NCBI GenBank assembly: GCA_021432655.1
Contig: MU271339.1
Coordinates: 62,001 to 86,473, forward strand
Length of the DNA stretch: 24,473 bases
Direction of reading: 5' to 3'
DNA from: Atractiella rhizophila
Taxonomy: Eukaryota
The stretch's first letter is position 1, and each line of letters begins with the position of its first letter. The position numbers were made by a program, and so were the translations under genes. The notes under the pieces were generated by a model. That model was not told where the DNA came from. It saw only the letters and a program-made list of their open reading frames with translations, and searched no databases. This document shows, in pieces, positions 22,222-24,473 of the stretch.

Positions 22222-22257
22222 TTGGACACTTTGGTTGGGACTAGGCGCTTCGCACCA
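22222..22257 (-). repeat. Right TIR of element B
   Basis: TTGGACACTTTGGTTGGGACTAGGCGCTTCGCACCA followed by TA. Confidence 0.93.
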
Positions 22258-22259
22258 TA

Positions 22260-22823
22260 CAAGGCACCGAATGAATGGAGGAGCTCGCTTTGATTCAAAC
22301 CTACTGCGACTCTCGCGGAAAGAACCTTGATGGGCTGGGCCTGGAGAAGATTGTGGCAAAGTGGGAACACTGGGGCCGGTGGGCTTTGGCTATGGGGATG
22401 TTATTCGTTCACGGAAGCTGGAAAGGTCGTGGAAGTTCTAAGCACGCAAGGCGTGCAGACATAAGGTACATTGTTGGTCAATCTGTCTTGCTATCTCATC
22501 TAATGACAGAAACAGGGCATTGACGACGCAGGAGAGACCTTCTACCGCGAGGCAGTCTTGATCAAGTCATGTGCTTGATCGGGATCTTTCAAGCAGAAGA
22601 CGGTGAGGGAAGAAGGTTCGTTTGGATCCTTCACAGTCACTATTCCGACACACTTATCGACCCAGCCCTTGAGCTAGAGGCAGATAAGGCTCTTCTTGAA
22701 GGAGATGCAGGTCAGAGTGACGAGATGGGATCTTCCGGACTCAGTTTAGCCTCTCCGTTTGCTCACTTCTTCACTTCGCCTGGGTTTCTTGACTGTAAGC
22801 AGTATTATACTTGCATAAACTAA
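22260..22823 (+). pseudogene. Probable 3' part of the CACTA transposase interrupted by element B
   Basis: Across the TA site the frame reads NLAKL|QGTE*MEELALIQ. Then HWGR, (shifted) GDVIRSR, RRADIR and ETFYREAV resemble the C-terminal region of fungal CACTA transposases. Confidence 0.55.
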
Positions 22824-23366
22824 TCTACTTCATTTTCTCATTTACAATTCACTAATTTGCATTTCCACACATTATATTAGGCATCCTTCAAGCTCCTTCT
22901 CATACCCAATAAGACTACATAAATAATTCTCTCCTTCCACTAATTAGGTCAATGGTTGTGGTGCTTCTAGGTGAGCAAGAAAGTATGTCTTTTGCCTTTA
23001 CCTTTGCAAGCGATCGAATGCGCCTGATTTGCATGTCCCCCTGGCCCTCATCAAAAGCCCCTCGATAACGGTCAAAACAAATCGATGTTCTCAAAAGCAC
23101 TGGGCGACACTGGCGCCTCTGCACTTTTTCGGCACTAACTGCTGTGAGAGATATGGCTCTCATTAGGCACTCAGCATGCTTTCGGTACTTCTACAAGTTG
23201 CTGTTAGGGTTAGGGTCTTGCCTTCTGGATCCACAGCATTTTGACCACCATCTTCGTGTACTCTGTGGATCCAGATCCGGCTCGTTCCAACAACTGCACT
23301 GACCACTCACTACTTGAGCACTGAGCCGGCACTGCAAGTTCCAGGACATCATTGGCTCTTTAATTT

Positions 23367-24473
23367 TTAAATCACTCCTTCCGCACTCTGTGCTTCTCCA
23401 GTCTTGCCTCCACCTCCACATTTCCTTCTCGTTCGACTTGCAGAGCTCTTCGTACTGCCCGCCGCACTATTGGTGCTCCTCACACTCCTCGCACTCCTTC
23501 CACCACCGCTCGCATCACTTCGACCACCACCACTCCGTGATCTTTTCGCCTCTCTTTCTCCACCTTCCTCCGCATCTGCATCCTTCCTCTTTCGCTTCCG
23601 CACCATGAACTCCACCGACGCATCCTTTGTCTGTTTCCACTTCTTGTCTCCAAGGGCAGATACAAGCTTTCAATGAAAACTGAATGAGTCAAGATGCTTT
23701 TGTCAACTTCTTCACCGTTAATTCCAAGTTCGACGGCTTCCATACAAGCCTGAAAGGGCCGCCAAACTGACTCCAGCGCATTCACGCAGCCCCGTCGTGG
23801 TTAGATGAAGACGTAACACTCGAGTTGACAAGGCGACAAGTTCTTTTTTAGCTGCGTGACTTCTCGCTGTTGTTCTCTTCCGATCAAAATGTTCCAGCAA
23901 GTTGTCCCTGTCGGCCTCTACCATCCTGGACTTGGCGTGTCGTATTGTGATCCAAAGTAAGACATAAACGAATGATTCTAGGTCATGCCGCGGTTCGTGT
24001 TGGACGGGACCTGGACTCAACAGCGATGAATGGATGGGTGCCCTTTATCGCTACGATTCAGAAATGGCGTCGTACAGTTGACTGCAAGATCTTACAGTAC
24101 GTTCAGTAGTACGGGGGAATGACTCTGATGACTCCACTTGTGCCATTTCCCAATCAATCAAAAGTCCTTGCGCCTCCACTGGCTCGCCGTCAGATCTTGA
24201 TGGTCGATCATAAATAAGGATGTTGCCTGAGGAAATATCGCGGTGTAAAATGTTCGTCCTCTCCCATGCGGCTTCGTGAGCTGTGTTTTGGTCAGACAAG
24301 CAGCAACAACACGACAGAAACATACCTCGGATGGCGTCACAGACCGCGTGGACCATTTCCCAGCTTGACGTGAAGGAAGAAAGAGGGCGTCCAATCTTGT
24401 CAGTTACCTGAACGTAATGTTGCATCGCCTGGCGATAAGGCCGCTCGATCTTCTGAAGGTCGCCCTCGATATC
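23367..24473 (-). pseudogene. Fungal-specific FunK1 (Pkinase_fungal) protein kinase, C-terminal part, frameshifted; 5' part outside the window
   Basis: GRPLSSF, ILHRDISSGNILI, GLLIDWEMA, ERT|GTHPFI, HEPRHDLESFVYVLLWI, LTHSVFIESL and a basic KRKRK tail. Introns at 24281-24325 and 24043-24095. Frame breaks near 24025, 23790 and 23650. Confidence 0.85.

Larger units (their letters stand above)
18521..22257 (+). mobile_element. IS630/Tc1/mariner-superfamily DNA transposon, near full length (element B, 3737 bp)
   Basis: 35/36-bp TIRs starting TGGTG(T/C)GAAGCGCCTAGTCCCAAC, with TA on both sides (18519-18520, 22258-22259) and a complete DDE transposase remnant. Confidence 0.93.

Noticed and set aside
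503..23163. Numerous short ORFs in the supplied track (e.g. 503-754, 4487-4810, 10734-11120, 17594-17980, 21072-21548, 22915-23163)
   Set aside because: They are antisense or off-frame shadows of TE pseudogenes, or lack any recognisable motif.
23440..23600. CCA/CTC-rich low-complexity repeats
   Set aside because: They encode the Gly/Ser/Arg-rich kinase tail on the minus strand and are not an independent feature.

Overview
AT/GC-balanced eukaryotic (fungal, very probably basidiomycete) repeat-rich region with short 45-53 bp GT-AG introns and no clearly intact protein-coding gene. In order it holds: the decayed 3' part of an autonomous Helitron (Pif1-type helicase, 3' end at 2423); three ~280-bp non-autonomous Helitrons on the minus strand, two of them head-to-tail inside the autonomous element; an internally deleted IS630/Tc1/mariner-type element (2992-5254, 46-bp TIRs, TA duplication); an F-box-like pseudogene; a truncated DIRS/Ngaro-like retroelement fused to an intron-bearing RFC4 fragment and a 5'-truncated Tad-like LINE; a CACTA (CMC-EnSpm) transposase pseudogene split by a near full-length relative of the Tc1-like element (18521-22257); and a FunK1-type kinase pseudogene running off the window end. 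The most notable signals are a Helitron family whose four visible 3' ends read CTTG rather than CTRR, an intron-containing Tc1-like lineage with a very long (~128 aa) D-to-E spacer, and a probable microhomology-joined DIRS/RFC4/LINE chimera. All family calls come from motifs read by eye, with no database searches.
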